31,179 nt of DNA from a virus. Its lineage: Duplodnaviria > Caudoviricetes. The stretch's first letter is position 1; each line of letters opens with the position of its first letter. Shown one piece after another: positions 6,238 through 16,571 of the stretch. Location: the IMG/VR virus record IMGVR_UViG_3300033493_000011, positions 1 to 31,179 of that record. The stretch is one strand, 5' to 3'. The notes beneath the pieces were generated by a model. The model did no database searches, had not been told where the DNA came from, and saw only the letters and a program-made list of their open reading frames with translations. Both the position numbers and the translations under genes were made by a program.

Positions 6238-6995
6238 GCGAGAATACATTTAACGAAGCCCGCTCTTTTGTCAGCAAATGGTTGTTCGAGTCTCGAACTA
6301 GGGAGACTCGCGGGATGGCGTGGTCAAGCGAGCATGTTTATGACGCCGCGCAGATGGCCGACCAGTTCTCCGACGCCACCCGCGCCGAACTCACCCGCCT
6401 GCGGGAGGAGAACGCAGCCCTCGAGACCCAATGCGAGGATGAGTCCTTATGCACCCACAACCTTATCCTTGAAAACGAGGGGCTCAAGGACCAATTGGCC
6501 GAGAAGGACCGGCGCATCGCGGAACTGGAGGCCCACCGCTGCGAGGTTGGCCTAGAAGATCCCAATGCCATGATGGCCCACCTTGCGACCCTCCCTGCCG
6601 GGGATCTGCGGGCGCTGAACGATGACATGCAAGTCCGGGTTGACCGGCGCAAGAATCTCAAGTCCACCATCGCCGCGCAGGACGCCGCCCTGGTTGCCAT
6701 GAAGGAGGCGTTGGATTTCTCTCTCTTCGACCCGTGCAAGCTGTGTGATCCATCCGTTGGGGTTGTATGCCCCGGCCATGCCATCCTCACCACCACCGCC
6801 CCCGCCGCCCAGGAGGCGGAACGGAGGATCAGGGAGGCGGAAGCGGCGCGGATCATCGCTCTACTCGAATCTGGGGAAACCATTCATGCCGAATATGATG
6901 GGCGTGGTGTCTATGGGTCGGAGCTTCGCGTCATCCTCGGCACCCAACGGGCCGTGAGCGGAGCGAACACCGAGGGGGAGATTAAGCCAGCGTGA
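6234..6995 (+). CDS. Mosaic coiled-coil phage protein (Ead/Ea22-like)
   Basis: Likely GTG start at 6234 after GGAG; LAEKDRRIAELEA coiled-coil segments. Confidence 0.7.
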   Translation: MSENTFNEARSFVSKWLFESRTRETRGMAWSSEHVYDAAQMADQFSDATRAELTRLREENAALETQCEDESLCTHNLILENEGLKDQLAEKDRRIAELEAHRCEVGLEDPNAMMAHLATLPAGDLRALNDDMQVRVDRRKNLKSTIAAQDAALVAMKEALDFSLFDPCKLCDPSVGVVCPGHAILTTTAPAAQEAERRIREAEAARIIALLESGETIHAEYDGRGVYGSELRVILGTQRAVSGANTEGEIKPA

Positions 6996-9114
6996 GCGTT
7001 ACCGAGCGCACGGTCCCATCGCTTCCCTTGACCTTGATTTTGAGGGAAGTGTTGCTCGTAAGCTCGAAGGTCATATCCCCATTGTTGGCGGGGGTGGCGG
7101 AAGTCAAAGGCACCCATGTAAACGGACCCTTGAAATAGTTGGGGCGAGTGGAATCGGAATACATATTCCAGTTGCCCGCCGGGACGGTTCCAGCGCCAGC
7201 ATCGATCATGATGTTGGCGTTGGCGGTTCCGCCGGTAGTCTGCTCCGCGATGTATTCACCCGCTACACGGGTATGCGTAGCCGCAGCACCCTTCGAGGCA
7301 TTGGGGATGAAGTGCCCAATAACAAGCGGGTAGGTCACTGCCGTGTTGTCTGAGGCGAACTGAGTATAGAGTTGGGTGTTTCGAGTCGCCCCGGCAGACG
7401 TATGAGTCATGATCGTCTTTTGGCCAATCGTGGTCCCAGAAGCGGCAGAGCCCTTGATAGCCCATCGCGTGTCTGTCTCCGGGTTATTGGCAACACCGAG
7501 CGACCAATGGTCCCCATTACCGAGCATCCCACCTGAGGCCGTGGTGAAGTTCACAAGCGTAGTGGTGTCGATCTCAAATCCAGCGTAACTGCCGTAGAAG
7601 GTCGTTCCCAGAATGGTGACGCGGCCACCATTTACGGCCACATGAACACCATAGGACCCAGCCGCCAGAGCTTGCCCGTTGATACGGCCGCTCAGGATGG
7701 TGGTGTCATAGGCCGCATTCAGAATGACGCCGTGCCTCTGGTCAGTGGCCGTTGTGTCATAAGTGATATACCCATTCCACAGACAGCCGTAGGTCCCAGA
7801 GAAGTAGGCTCCGGCCACGCCGTTGCCTTCCGCCCCGCAAGCAACGAACGAATGCCCAAGGCCATTTTCCACCTTGTAGCCGTAATTCGTGTTGGAATCA
7901 GAGGCGCAAGAAACAAAGGAACAGTATGCCCCGCGTTCAATCCTGAACCCGCTATCTCCGCACAGGTAGGCATAGCAATTGCGAAGCGTGGTGCTGGTGG
8001 TGCTGGTGTCTGTCCCGGTCCCGGCGTTGGTGTATCGGATATCGAACCCATGGAGGGCAGCTCCATTGGTTGTAACCTGGTCGAGCGTGCAGCCAATGCC
8101 TGCCCCAAGCAAAACGCCTCGGTAGGTCCCCTCAATGTAGACGTTCTTGACGGTGAGGGCCACCGCTTCTGGGTTGGCTGTGCCTAGGAAACACTCGATA
8201 GCCGCGCCGCTGGTCGCCACGACACTGGCGTCCTGCCAGATGGACAGATTCTCGATAATGATCTCATCTGCGATGTAGCGCCCAGCATCATCGTATAGCA
8301 GGACAGAACCGGTCGTAAAGCTGATGATCTGGGTGGATTCTCGGCTCTCACCTATCAACCGAAGTCCGCGCCGGAGCGTGATAGGCCCCGTGACTTTGTA
8401 GCGCCCACGAGGCAATTGGATCGTTCCACCATTGGCGAAACCCTTTGGGCTGAGAACACCGGTATCAGCCGTGTTCAGTGGAAGCGAGTCAATAGCCGCC
8501 TGGATGCCAGCAGTAACATCAACGGATGCGAGATTAGACTGGACATCAGTGATCTGGGCAGGCGTCATGAAGTCAAAAACAGAAACCGTGTCTTCGTTTT
8601 TGCTCTGCTGCGTCCTCCCCACCGCCCCCGTGTAAGGCGCGAGGTAGCCGATGAGAGTAGATCCAGTATCGGCCATTAAGGCTTTGAGAAACGCCCCTAC
8701 GGTCCCTGCCGCATAGGTCAAGCTCGATAAGAACCCAACGAGTCCCGCGCCCTTGGTTGCAGTTGTGGCATCCGATAGATCTGTCCCGATGATTCTAGCC
8801 GCGATTGCCGAACCTGCCGTATTCGCAGCATAGGACAATGCCCCGTTGTATCCGATCCGACCCGCACCATTCGTCGCCAGTGTCGTGTCTGCCAATACGG
8901 CCGTTTGATCGGCTCCGGTGTTGGGGACATTGACGAGGTTCCCGCCAGCATCCCAGCCCAGAGCATACCCGGCGACTGGAGACGGGTAGACAAGGGTATT
9001 CGCCTGGACGGTTTTGAACCAAGCGATCCACTGGTCATTTACAACGCCACTAGGGAAGTTGGGCGGGTATTGGAAGATTGAAACCGTGCTAGGCGGGGCA
9101 GTAATAGCGGCCAT
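6982..9114 (-). CDS. Tailspike with pectate-lyase-like beta-helix (putative depolymerase)
   Basis: TVSVFDF...DVTAGIQAAID...GGTIQLPRGRYKVT motif followed by beta-helix repeats; C-terminal LKIKVKGSDGTVRSVTLTLA. Confidence 0.85.
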   Translation of the reverse strand: MAAITAPPSTVSIFQYPPNFPSGVVNDQWIAWFKTVQANTLVYPSPVAGYALGWDAGGNLVNVPNTGADQTAVLADTTLATNGAGRIGYNGALSYAANTAGSAIAARIIGTDLSDATTATKGAGLVGFLSSLTYAAGTVGAFLKALMADTGSTLIGYLAPYTGAVGRTQQSKNEDTVSVFDFMTPAQITDVQSNLASVDVTAGIQAAIDSLPLNTADTGVLSPKGFANGGTIQLPRGRYKVTGPITLRRGLRLIGESRESTQIISFTTGSVLLYDDAGRYIADEIIIENLSIWQDASVVATSGAAIECFLGTANPEAVALTVKNVYIEGTYRGVLLGAGIGCTLDQVTTNGAALHGFDIRYTNAGTGTDTSTTSTTLRNCYAYLCGDSGFRIERGAYCSFVSCASDSNTNYGYKVENGLGHSFVACGAEGNGVAGAYFSGTYGCLWNGYITYDTTATDQRHGVILNAAYDTTILSGRINGQALAAGSYGVHVAVNGGRVTILGTTFYGSYAGFEIDTTTLVNFTTASGGMLGNGDHWSLGVANNPETDTRWAIKGSAASGTTIGQKTIMTHTSAGATRNTQLYTQFASDNTAVTYPLVIGHFIPNASKGAAATHTRVAGEYIAEQTTGGTANANIMIDAGAGTVPAGNWNMYSDSTRPNYFKGPFTWVPLTSATPANNGDMTFELTSNTSLKIKVKGSDGTVRSVTLTLA

Positions 9115-9125
9115 TTACATATCTC

Positions 9126-10973
9126 CTAAGCGATCCATTCGACCAAAAGGTAACCGGGCGCTCCATCGCCGCCGACAGACCCAGCCGCTGCACCCGCACC
9201 ACCACCACCGCCCGCACCATAAGCAGTAAGAGCAGCCGAAACACCCGCAGGCGTAATGGAATCGCCGCCCTTCCCACCAACACCAAATGCAGAAGCGCCG
9301 CCACCACCGCCGCCGCCGGAAGTCAGGTTGGATGTTCCGCCGACGCCGCCTAAGGCAGACTCACAGTAAGATCCAGCGACTCCATCAACTGCAAATAGGG
9401 TTAGATCAGGATTATTACCAGCACCACCTGCGCCGCCTCCACCACCTGCGACAGCGGCACCGGAGCCGTTCAAGATGGCAGCGCCAAGGCCAGCAGGGAA
9501 GGCCGGGTTGTTCCCGAGCCCGACGCCAGTTAAGACGCCAGCCCCGCCGAGACCGCCAGCACCAGGCAAATGGGAATTTGAACTATCTGTTGCCGTAATG
9601 CCGTGCAAGCCTCCGGAGGCCGATAGAAGGCTCCCAAAAGTAGTATCCGTGCCATCCGTAGCAGCAACGCCAACGGTCGCCCCTAGGCCCTTAGAACCGA
9701 TGGTAACCGTGTATGTAGACAAGGGAGTAACCGGAATGCGCCGTTTGATCGTTGCGCCTGCACCACCACCGCCGCCGCCCCCGCCCTGAGTTAACGCTTT
9801 GCCACCGCCACCGCCGGCACCCGCGCCAACGGCAGTCACATCATAAAAGTTGACGCCAGCTGGGACCGTGATGGTTCCATTTGCCGTGAAAGCCTGAGAC
9901 TGGAGCTTCCCACCGCCGGAAGGCCCCGCAGGACCAATGGGACCCGCAGGACCAGTGGGGCCTGTCACGCCAGCCGAAGAAACCAGCATCAGGAAGTCAT
10001 CAACACTGCAGAGGATGCCGTGAGAGCCAGCGGAGCCGCCCGTATTGTCACTGATTGAGGTCAGCTCGCAACGGATGCCGTAGGTCCCGGCTGCGGGAAC
10101 ATAGGCGCTAACATCCACCGTGCGCAGCGTCCAAACCGCTGTCGCATAAGTAGTCGTAATCGAGGCCTGAGGATAGGCATAGGTTCCGATGAGCGTTTCC
10201 GTATCCGACTGCGCATCATAGAAATACACAGCGATGGAGGCGGAATAGGCCGTATTCGGGGCCGTGGATTCGAGCCAAGCCGCCGTGTAGAACTGGAGGT
10301 TCGTGGTCCCGGCTGGGAGCTGGATCGCAAAGCCTTGGGAGGCTTCGCCAACCGCAGTCACAAGGCCAAGAGTAGAAGTAGCCTTGAGATTGGGGGCACC
10401 AGAGCCAGGGAGCCTCCCACCGCCATAAACCGGGACCACCCCGTTAACCGCAGCGGCGTAGACATTCCAGGGGGCCAAACCACCATAGAACGTCCCATTC
10501 TGGATCGCGTTACGACTGGACCCCGGAGGCCCCTGGATGTTCCCACGAAGCCCATAGACTCCGCTGGACCGCATGTAAACATCGCCCGTGGCCGTATCGA
10601 GGTAGTAATCCCCATCCACACCGAGGGTATTCGAGGGCACACCGGAGCCGTCCCGCCAAGTGCTACCGTTCACCCCATTCGCACCGGCGATTCCGCCCAA
10701 AATGTTATCCTGCGGGTAATTCGGCTGGACGTTCCCGAGCGAATCAGTGAGTAGGAGCTTGTAGCCAACCCCGGAAGTGAGATAGACGATGGCTTCACCA
10801 TTGGCATCACAGACAACGGGATTCGTGTTGGGAATCAGGCCGTCAACGTCTTTGTAGGTCGCAAGAGGCGTCACGGTCCCGGCGGCATAGGTGTAGAGGA
10901 GGGCACCGGGCAGCACGGCCCCGTTGGCATCAAAAGCCCTGAAAATAGCTGTGAGGGGCGGAATCGCGGTCAT
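9126..10973 (-). CDS. Tail fibre/spike with head-binding-like N-terminus, collagen-like G-X-Y run and glycine-rich C-terminus
   Basis: FDANGAVLPGALLYTYAAGT...NTNPVVCDANG podophage attachment-type domain; GPTGPAGPIGPAGPSG; Gly-rich tail ending LVEW. Confidence 0.8.
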   Translation of the reverse strand: MTAIPPLTAIFRAFDANGAVLPGALLYTYAAGTVTPLATYKDVDGLIPNTNPVVCDANGEAIVYLTSGVGYKLLLTDSLGNVQPNYPQDNILGGIAGANGVNGSTWRDGSGVPSNTLGVDGDYYLDTATGDVYMRSSGVYGLRGNIQGPPGSSRNAIQNGTFYGGLAPWNVYAAAVNGVVPVYGGGRLPGSGAPNLKATSTLGLVTAVGEASQGFAIQLPAGTTNLQFYTAAWLESTAPNTAYSASIAVYFYDAQSDTETLIGTYAYPQASITTTYATAVWTLRTVDVSAYVPAAGTYGIRCELTSISDNTGGSAGSHGILCSVDDFLMLVSSAGVTGPTGPAGPIGPAGPSGGGKLQSQAFTANGTITVPAGVNFYDVTAVGAGAGGGGGKALTQGGGGGGGGAGATIKRRIPVTPLSTYTVTIGSKGLGATVGVAATDGTDTTFGSLLSASGGLHGITATDSSNSHLPGAGGLGGAGVLTGVGLGNNPAFPAGLGAAILNGSGAAVAGGGGGAGGAGNNPDLTLFAVDGVAGSYCESALGGVGGTSNLTSGGGGGGGASAFGVGGKGGDSITPAGVSAALTAYGAGGGGGAGAAAGSVGGDGAPGYLLVEWIA

Positions 10974-13024
10974 TTGGGCTCCATCTGGGCGACTTCGGTA
11001 TCAGAGGGGGTGGGCTTGGATGCCATGGCAGGGATCATCCCGGGCGTAGTCTTGGCGGAAGTGACAGCAGACATGGCGGCTATTCTTTTCGACATATCCC
11101 GCCCGATGAGTTCTAGTTCGGGGCTTCCTTCGGCTAAATTCCCGGCCAAAGTTAGAAGGTGCCGCGTTCCTGGGGATTGAAGCAGTTTCCACATCAAGCC
11201 TGGGCCAGTCATGGCCGGGTTAAAAGACGCCGCGAGGGTGGCGGCAGGCCCCATCACTTCATGGCCTCCATGCCCAAGGGCTGCACCCATACCGATATTT
11301 GCCAACATGCCGCCGAACTTAGACGTCTTAGCAACCTTTGCCATGCCCTGGAAAGCCTTGAGGTCTTCGGGCCCAGCAATGGCTTCGATGGCAGGCATTG
11401 CCTTCTGAATCGAAGCGGCGAAAGACCCAGGCTTACCGTCTGCCTGTTTAATGGCCGCGTCGAGGTAGCTGTAAAGCAAAGGATCTGCACTAGAACCTTG
11501 AGCGATGATCCGGGCCGCATCAGGCTTGATCCGAGTCAGAGCGCCCTGATTCTGCGCTCCCAAAAGATCGCCGGGAGTTGCGGTATCGCGGATCTTGGTG
11601 AGCAGTTGGCCGCCCTGGCTCTTATCAAAAAGCGGGGCAACCTGAGTTGCAAAAACCTTACGGGCTTCCGCAGCCTTTGCCGCAAGCTCAGGGTTCGATT
11701 GTTCCATGGACTGGAGAATGGAATCACGGACGCTTCCGAGCATGGCGCGGGCTTCGGTGTCACCATGTTTGATCGCCAACTGCCGTTGGATGCTCCCCAA
11801 AGACTTGATGGTGTCGATTGCGCCTTGGAAACTGTTATCGACCTGCCCCTCGGGCTTCATGGCCTCTTGGAGATTGCCCAAGAGCTCTTCTAGAACTTGC
11901 CTGCGCTCAGGGGGGATAGGGTTAGGAGACCGTTTCCCGCCAATACCCAGCAACTCCTGGAGATTCTGGATAGCCGGGCTGTAATCTACACCAACGCTTC
12001 CGGCCTGTTCATCGACAGGCGCAACAGCTTTTTTGAAGGCATCCCAACCGGCATCATACTTAGCCTGGGCCGCACTTTGGAGGGCTTCGCCAGGGGCTTT
12101 CCCTCCAAGCCTTGTGCCGAGTTGATCCAGCATTTCGCCGGGAGAAGGTGTAGCCCCGGCCATCTTAGCTTTACTTGCCAAAGCGCCAATGCCTTCTGCG
12201 ACAACAGGGACCGAAGCTAAGATACCGCCCGTAGCCGCGCCCATCTTCGCTTCAGAAGCCTTCCGAGCCCAATAATCTTCCGGGCTCTGGACATTCGTTT
12301 CCGTAGTCATCGCCGGGGCCGCAATTGCGCCTGTAGCCGCCCCCTTGCCGATGGTCCCGAGAATGGCTTTGATCTTCTGAGCCGCGCTCAGCGTCTCGGC
12401 ACCGGCCGCCGGAGGTCCACCCGCAGCCGATGCCCCACCAGTCATCAGGAACGGCGCAGCCTGCCCAAGCATCTGGCCGCCTTTGTCGCCGGTCCCGAAG
12501 TAGGCTTCCATTCGATTGGCAAGTGGATCAACCGCGCTAGAGCTCACGGCATGGGCCGCAAGCTGAGCAGGGGCCACAACATCAGAGGCAACGCCATGGG
12601 CAACGCCGCCAACAGTAGGATTCGTCCCACGGTCGCCCATGAGGCGATGCGCCAACGATTGAGCGATGGAAGCGGAAGGGCCGATGATAGTGCCAAGATT
12701 CTGGCTCATCCAAGGCTGGGACGGGGCACCTTCAGGAGTGGGCTTATCGGCCATCCTCTGGCCCTGGGCATTGAACCATCCGGGCTGTCCCTTGTTCCCC
12801 TGCTCAGGCCCAAACCACGCGGCGCCATCGGGCCTCTGGACCGTCTGAACCTGCCCAATCTGGATCGGCTTGACCTTGAACCCATACGGCGTGTCCTGCC
12901 AGCCATCGGAAGGGGCAGAAGGGGCACCGTATTTAGACCAAGGGCCCTCAGCGTCCGGAGTTGCCGCTGGAGGCGTTGCTGGAGGTGTGGCGGGGGTCTG
13001 ATACTTTTCCCATGGTCCGGTCAT
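10970..13024 (-). CDS. Large internal virion/ejection protein
   Basis: Third gene of the ejection block; Ala/Gly-rich; repeated GPWxKY N-terminal motif. Confidence 0.7.
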   Translation of the reverse strand: MTGPWEKYQTPATPPATPPAATPDAEGPWSKYGAPSAPSDGWQDTPYGFKVKPIQIGQVQTVQRPDGAAWFGPEQGNKGQPGWFNAQGQRMADKPTPEGAPSQPWMSQNLGTIIGPSASIAQSLAHRLMGDRGTNPTVGGVAHGVASDVVAPAQLAAHAVSSSAVDPLANRMEAYFGTGDKGGQMLGQAAPFLMTGGASAAGGPPAAGAETLSAAQKIKAILGTIGKGAATGAIAAPAMTTETNVQSPEDYWARKASEAKMGAATGGILASVPVVAEGIGALASKAKMAGATPSPGEMLDQLGTRLGGKAPGEALQSAAQAKYDAGWDAFKKAVAPVDEQAGSVGVDYSPAIQNLQELLGIGGKRSPNPIPPERRQVLEELLGNLQEAMKPEGQVDNSFQGAIDTIKSLGSIQRQLAIKHGDTEARAMLGSVRDSILQSMEQSNPELAAKAAEARKVFATQVAPLFDKSQGGQLLTKIRDTATPGDLLGAQNQGALTRIKPDAARIIAQGSSADPLLYSYLDAAIKQADGKPGSFAASIQKAMPAIEAIAGPEDLKAFQGMAKVAKTSKFGGMLANIGMGAALGHGGHEVMGPAATLAASFNPAMTGPGLMWKLLQSPGTRHLLTLAGNLAEGSPELELIGRDMSKRIAAMSAVTSAKTTPGMIPAMASKPTPSDTEVAQMEPK

Positions 13025-14574
13025 TGTTTCTTCCAGCTCTTAGGGTTAGAAGGGTCACCGCCTAAAAAGACATACCCGCCTTCTACAGTGCCAAGTTTGG
13101 GCGCCGATGGGGTCTGGAGCATATTTTGCTCATGACCACCAATGTCATATTGCTGGAAAACTGAACGCGCAGAAGGAAGAACGGGGCTCCATGTATCATT
13201 CGGGATTTGCTGTTTATACCGTTCGCTATATGTATTGAGTTTTTGATACATCGCCTTTAGGCTCGCCACGCCGTTGGCCAAGAATTGATCGGGGCTGCTT
13301 GAATTCTGCATGGTCTGCTTGATATTATGGATTTCAATATCGGTAGCAGTTCCCTTCAGCGCGTTCGCCATTTCGCCGCTAACGATATTCGAGAAAGTAG
13401 CTAGATCCGTGGGGGCTGGCCTACCCATGATAGAACTAATTTTATTGTAAAGCTCATTACCAGGTGTGAAGGTTCCATTCTTCATGGCTTTAGCAGCTTC
13501 GAGGTAATCCGCCAAATGGACCGTAGCCGTATTCAAAGACCCAATATTGGTTCCGTCCTTCCCGGTAGTGAAGGCGCTACGGATCTGGGCCCTCTGTTCG
13601 CTCCATTGAGGATCAACAGCATAGACGGACTGCAAAATATTCTGCCAGTAAGGCGTTTTAAGCGCCATCCCGGATGGTAATTTTTGGCGCCCATCAACAA
13701 TCCCCTGCACCATTGGCCGTAATTGCGGAGAAAGAGCGTTGAGGGCATCTTGCCCGGTTGCACCGGCCTTAATCGCAGCCGGAGCAGCTGATCCCATGTT
13801 GGCAATCGTGACCTGAGCGGGGGGGATAGGCCTTACTCCGGCAGGCATCGCACCTGTCACGGGATTTGGGTTTGCGAACCCCGTTCCGCCACTTGGAAGC
13901 ATGACAGGCATCGGCTTGCCACCAGTCAGAGGGGTCACGACAGGAGCAGCCCCAGGCTCAAGCGGCTGTTTCACGTTCACAACGCCCGTTGGGGTGCTAA
14001 GCGTCTGCCCGAAAGCCGCCGCGTGGGCGTCGTTCACGGTAGCGCCGTTCTTCGCTAGGAGCGACCTATTCTGTGGCGTGAAATCTCCATATTTCTGTAG
14101 CAAGGAAGGGATTCCAAGCGCAGCGTATTGCTGATCCAGTTGCGCGAGGCCATTCCGGTAAGAATCTGCATCATTCGCCGTCAAAGCAATTGTTTTTGCC
14201 TTTTCCGCCTGCTGATTAACAAGGTCAATGCGCGTTTTTGCAGCTTGGCCGCCCGCTGCCGCAGCCTGCGCAAAATTCTTAGCAGTAGAAGAAACCTTAT
14301 TCTGATAATCGGCTCCCTGTGTCCTGAACGCTAGGACCGTCTTGGGCGAAACCCCCGATTCGAGGGCAGCGTTTGCAAGATCATCAGGTGTTTTGTATTG
14401 GCCCGTAGAAGCCAATTCGCGCATCTTCTGCTCATCCTGTATCGCCATTTTCTGCTGCTGAAGCTGAAGTTGGCCGCCCTGATAAGCCTGGGCCTTCATC
14501 GCTAGATCCATGGGATTAGTGAGAGGCGTTACGCCCTGTCCGGCCTGGAGCGAGATCGTAGGATCGAGAGCCAT
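13021..14574 (-). CDS. Internal virion/ejection protein (P22 gp20 position)
   Basis: MALDPTISL start, Gln-rich N-terminus, C-terminal GYVFLGGDPSNPKSW; synteny. Confidence 0.7.
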   Translation of the reverse strand: MALDPTISLQAGQGVTPLTNPMDLAMKAQAYQGGQLQLQQQKMAIQDEQKMRELASTGQYKTPDDLANAALESGVSPKTVLAFRTQGADYQNKVSSTAKNFAQAAAAGGQAAKTRIDLVNQQAEKAKTIALTANDADSYRNGLAQLDQQYAALGIPSLLQKYGDFTPQNRSLLAKNGATVNDAHAAAFGQTLSTPTGVVNVKQPLEPGAAPVVTPLTGGKPMPVMLPSGGTGFANPNPVTGAMPAGVRPIPPAQVTIANMGSAAPAAIKAGATGQDALNALSPQLRPMVQGIVDGRQKLPSGMALKTPYWQNILQSVYAVDPQWSEQRAQIRSAFTTGKDGTNIGSLNTATVHLADYLEAAKAMKNGTFTPGNELYNKISSIMGRPAPTDLATFSNIVSGEMANALKGTATDIEIHNIKQTMQNSSSPDQFLANGVASLKAMYQKLNTYSERYKQQIPNDTWSPVLPSARSVFQQYDIGGHEQNMLQTPSAPKLGTVEGGYVFLGGDPSNPKSWKKQ

Positions 14575-14577
14575 TTA

Positions 14578-15333
14578 TCACCCCACCGGGACGGTAGAAA
14601 CAGGCTGGCCCCAATTATTGCCGAAATTGGGCGTAGAAGATCCAGGCACACCAGTATAGCTATACATCCCAGGATTATTCATCGAATTCATCATGTTGTA
14701 TTGCTGCCAGGTATTCAAGCCCGTATTTAGGGCATTCGTCCATGCGTTGGCAGAGCCAACCTGCCCTGCAGCCTGGGCCGCTCCAGCGCTCGTCATGTTG
14801 TTCCCCATCTGCCCGGCGGTCTGCATACCCATCTGGCCGATCTGAGCATTAGCGGCCTGCCCAAGCCCCGCCATGCTAGCAAGCTGGCCGAAGCGGGTAG
14901 AACGGTCAGACATGGCGCGATTCCAAGCGGCCCCGTATTCCTGAGAGCCGAGCCCCTGGCCATAATCTTCAGCGCCGCGAACCTGAGCACCTGAGAGCGT
15001 CATCCCACTGGCCGCGCCGGAACGGTTCAGAGCATCCATCCCCTGTTGCATCCGGAAGGCGAATCCGGGGTCCATCTGGAGGTCAGACATGGACAATGGC
15101 TGTGACCACTGGCCTCCAGGCCCGGTGAGGGTTGTGAGCTGGCCTAGCGCCCCTTTGCCAGCCTCAAGCCAAGGCTTCTGATTCTCCTGCTGCTGCTGAA
15201 ACATATTCCACTGCATCTGATTAGCAGCGTTGGCAGCATTAGCCTGCGTCTGAGCGGCAGACTTTGATGCATTAGAACTCAGTATCCCGCCGATTAGGGA
15301 CGCACCGCCAACGGCTACAGCAATCCAGCTCAT
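14578..15333 (-). CDS. DNA transfer/ejection protein, P22 gp7-like
   Basis: Hydrophobic N-terminus, PWLEAGKGALGQL, DPGFAFRMQQG..ALNRSGAASG motifs. Confidence 0.8.
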   Translation of the reverse strand: MSWIAVAVGGASLIGGILSSNASKSAAQTQANAANAANQMQWNMFQQQQENQKPWLEAGKGALGQLTTLTGPGGQWSQPLSMSDLQMDPGFAFRMQQGMDALNRSGAASGMTLSGAQVRGAEDYGQGLGSQEYGAAWNRAMSDRSTRFGQLASMAGLGQAANAQIGQMGMQTAGQMGNNMTSAGAAQAAGQVGSANAWTNALNTGLNTWQQYNMMNSMNNPGMYSYTGVPGSSTPNFGNNWGQPVSTVPVG

Positions 15334-15791
15334 AGACACCCCTCAATGATACGCGATTCGAGAATTTCAAGATCCTGGCAATTATCCGGGTTCGGATGGA
15401 CAGTAACAAACCGCGTATCTTCCAGCGCATAGATAAACCGCTTGGTTCCCGGCTTCGTGGCGAAGAACATCCCGCCGGTCAATTCCTTCTGCCCATCCTC
15501 TGAAATCACCAGTAGCTTGCCGGAAGGGATGAAAGAGAAGTTGCCCTGCTTATGCGTCTTGGTGACGATCAATGAACCCTTGGGGTTGAAAATCTCACGG
15601 GCATACTGGCCTTCGTTGAAGTGATGAGTGACAGGCTGCTCAACCTGAGGGTAAGCCGCCATGGCCTCTTCCAGCGCCGCAATGGCCTCTCTACGGGCCT
15701 CGGGCGTCGTAGCCTGGAGAAGAACGCGCAAAGCCCCGGTAACCGCGCTGTGGGGCGAATGGCTGGGGGCGTAGGGGGCCTCAAAAATCAT
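15330..15791 (-). CDS. Cupin-like protein
   Basis: HHFNEGQYAREIFNPKGSLIVTKTHK...PGTKRFIYALEDT..TVH double-stranded beta-helix pattern. Confidence 0.7.
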   Translation of the reverse strand: MIFEAPYAPSHSPHSAVTGALRVLLQATTPEARREAIAALEEAMAAYPQVEQPVTHHFNEGQYAREIFNPKGSLIVTKTHKQGNFSFIPSGKLLVISEDGQKELTGGMFFATKPGTKRFIYALEDTRFVTVHPNPDNCQDLEILESRIIEGCL

Positions 15792-16570
15792 TTGACCTCA
15801 TGTTGGCGGCTGCCAATCTGATCAATCTCAGTGTGAATCCCGATACCAGTAATGGCGACATTGAATGCATAAGTGTCCTGAGGATCGGTAGCGTCTCTGA
15901 ACAAGTAGTAAACCAGCCGAGCGCCGAGGGTCATGCCAGTAGCAGGGATATCAAACTCCATCACCTGCTCTTGCCAAGCAACGCCGGGCGTAGTCTGAAC
16001 AATCGCTAGGGTCTGAGCAGGCCCAGGGATTGTGGTCCGGTTATAAATCACATACCGAAGCTGGAGCTTCACATCGCCAATGTCCGTTGTGGTTGGGAAC
16101 CACTGAATATGAAGATGGACCACGGAACCGTCTTTGTAGCCCCTAGGCATCTCCACCATGGAGGAATACACATCCGGAGTCGGGTTCGTTCCACTGAAGG
16201 CGTAGCAATCAAGCGTAGAATCGCCGTTGAACTTGATTACTGCGGGAGTCGCGGAAGTCCCATGAGGCGGGATCAGCCCCGCGTCAATGGCCGTCCAAAC
16301 GGAAGCCTTCCCAACCATCAACATCGATCCATCAGCTTGGAATTCCGTGTAATCGGTAGTCGTCCCAAGCTGAGTGACATTGTTCACCGCGTCATACCGG
16401 AGATTCGGAGCACCAGCCAAGGCGGAGCCAGTGGAATATACTACCTGACCCGAAAGAATAGCCTTGATGGAGTTGATGAAGTTTGTTACTGCATTGAACC
16501 ACAGCGCCCAAGACGAAGGCATCGGCTGGGTAGGATTCTCATTGATGGGAGCGGGGTTCAGATTTGCCAT
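15788..16570 (-). CDS. Putative tail structural protein
   Basis: Directly after the gp10-like gene; beta-rich; start at ATG 16570. Confidence 0.65.
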   Translation of the reverse strand: MANLNPAPINENPTQPMPSSWALWFNAVTNFINSIKAILSGQVVYSTGSALAGAPNLRYDAVNNVTQLGTTTDYTEFQADGSMLMVGKASVWTAIDAGLIPPHGTSATPAVIKFNGDSTLDCYAFSGTNPTPDVYSSMVEMPRGYKDGSVVHLHIQWFPTTTDIGDVKLQLRYVIYNRTTIPGPAQTLAIVQTTPGVAWQEQVMEFDIPATGMTLGARLVYYLFRDATDPQDTYAFNVAITGIGIHTEIDQIGSRQHEVK

Positions 16571-16571
16571 G

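Noticed and set aside
6982-6995. Bidirectional terminator at the convergence of the two arms
   Set aside because: The two stop regions overlap by 14 nt and no hairpin/U-tract is evident.
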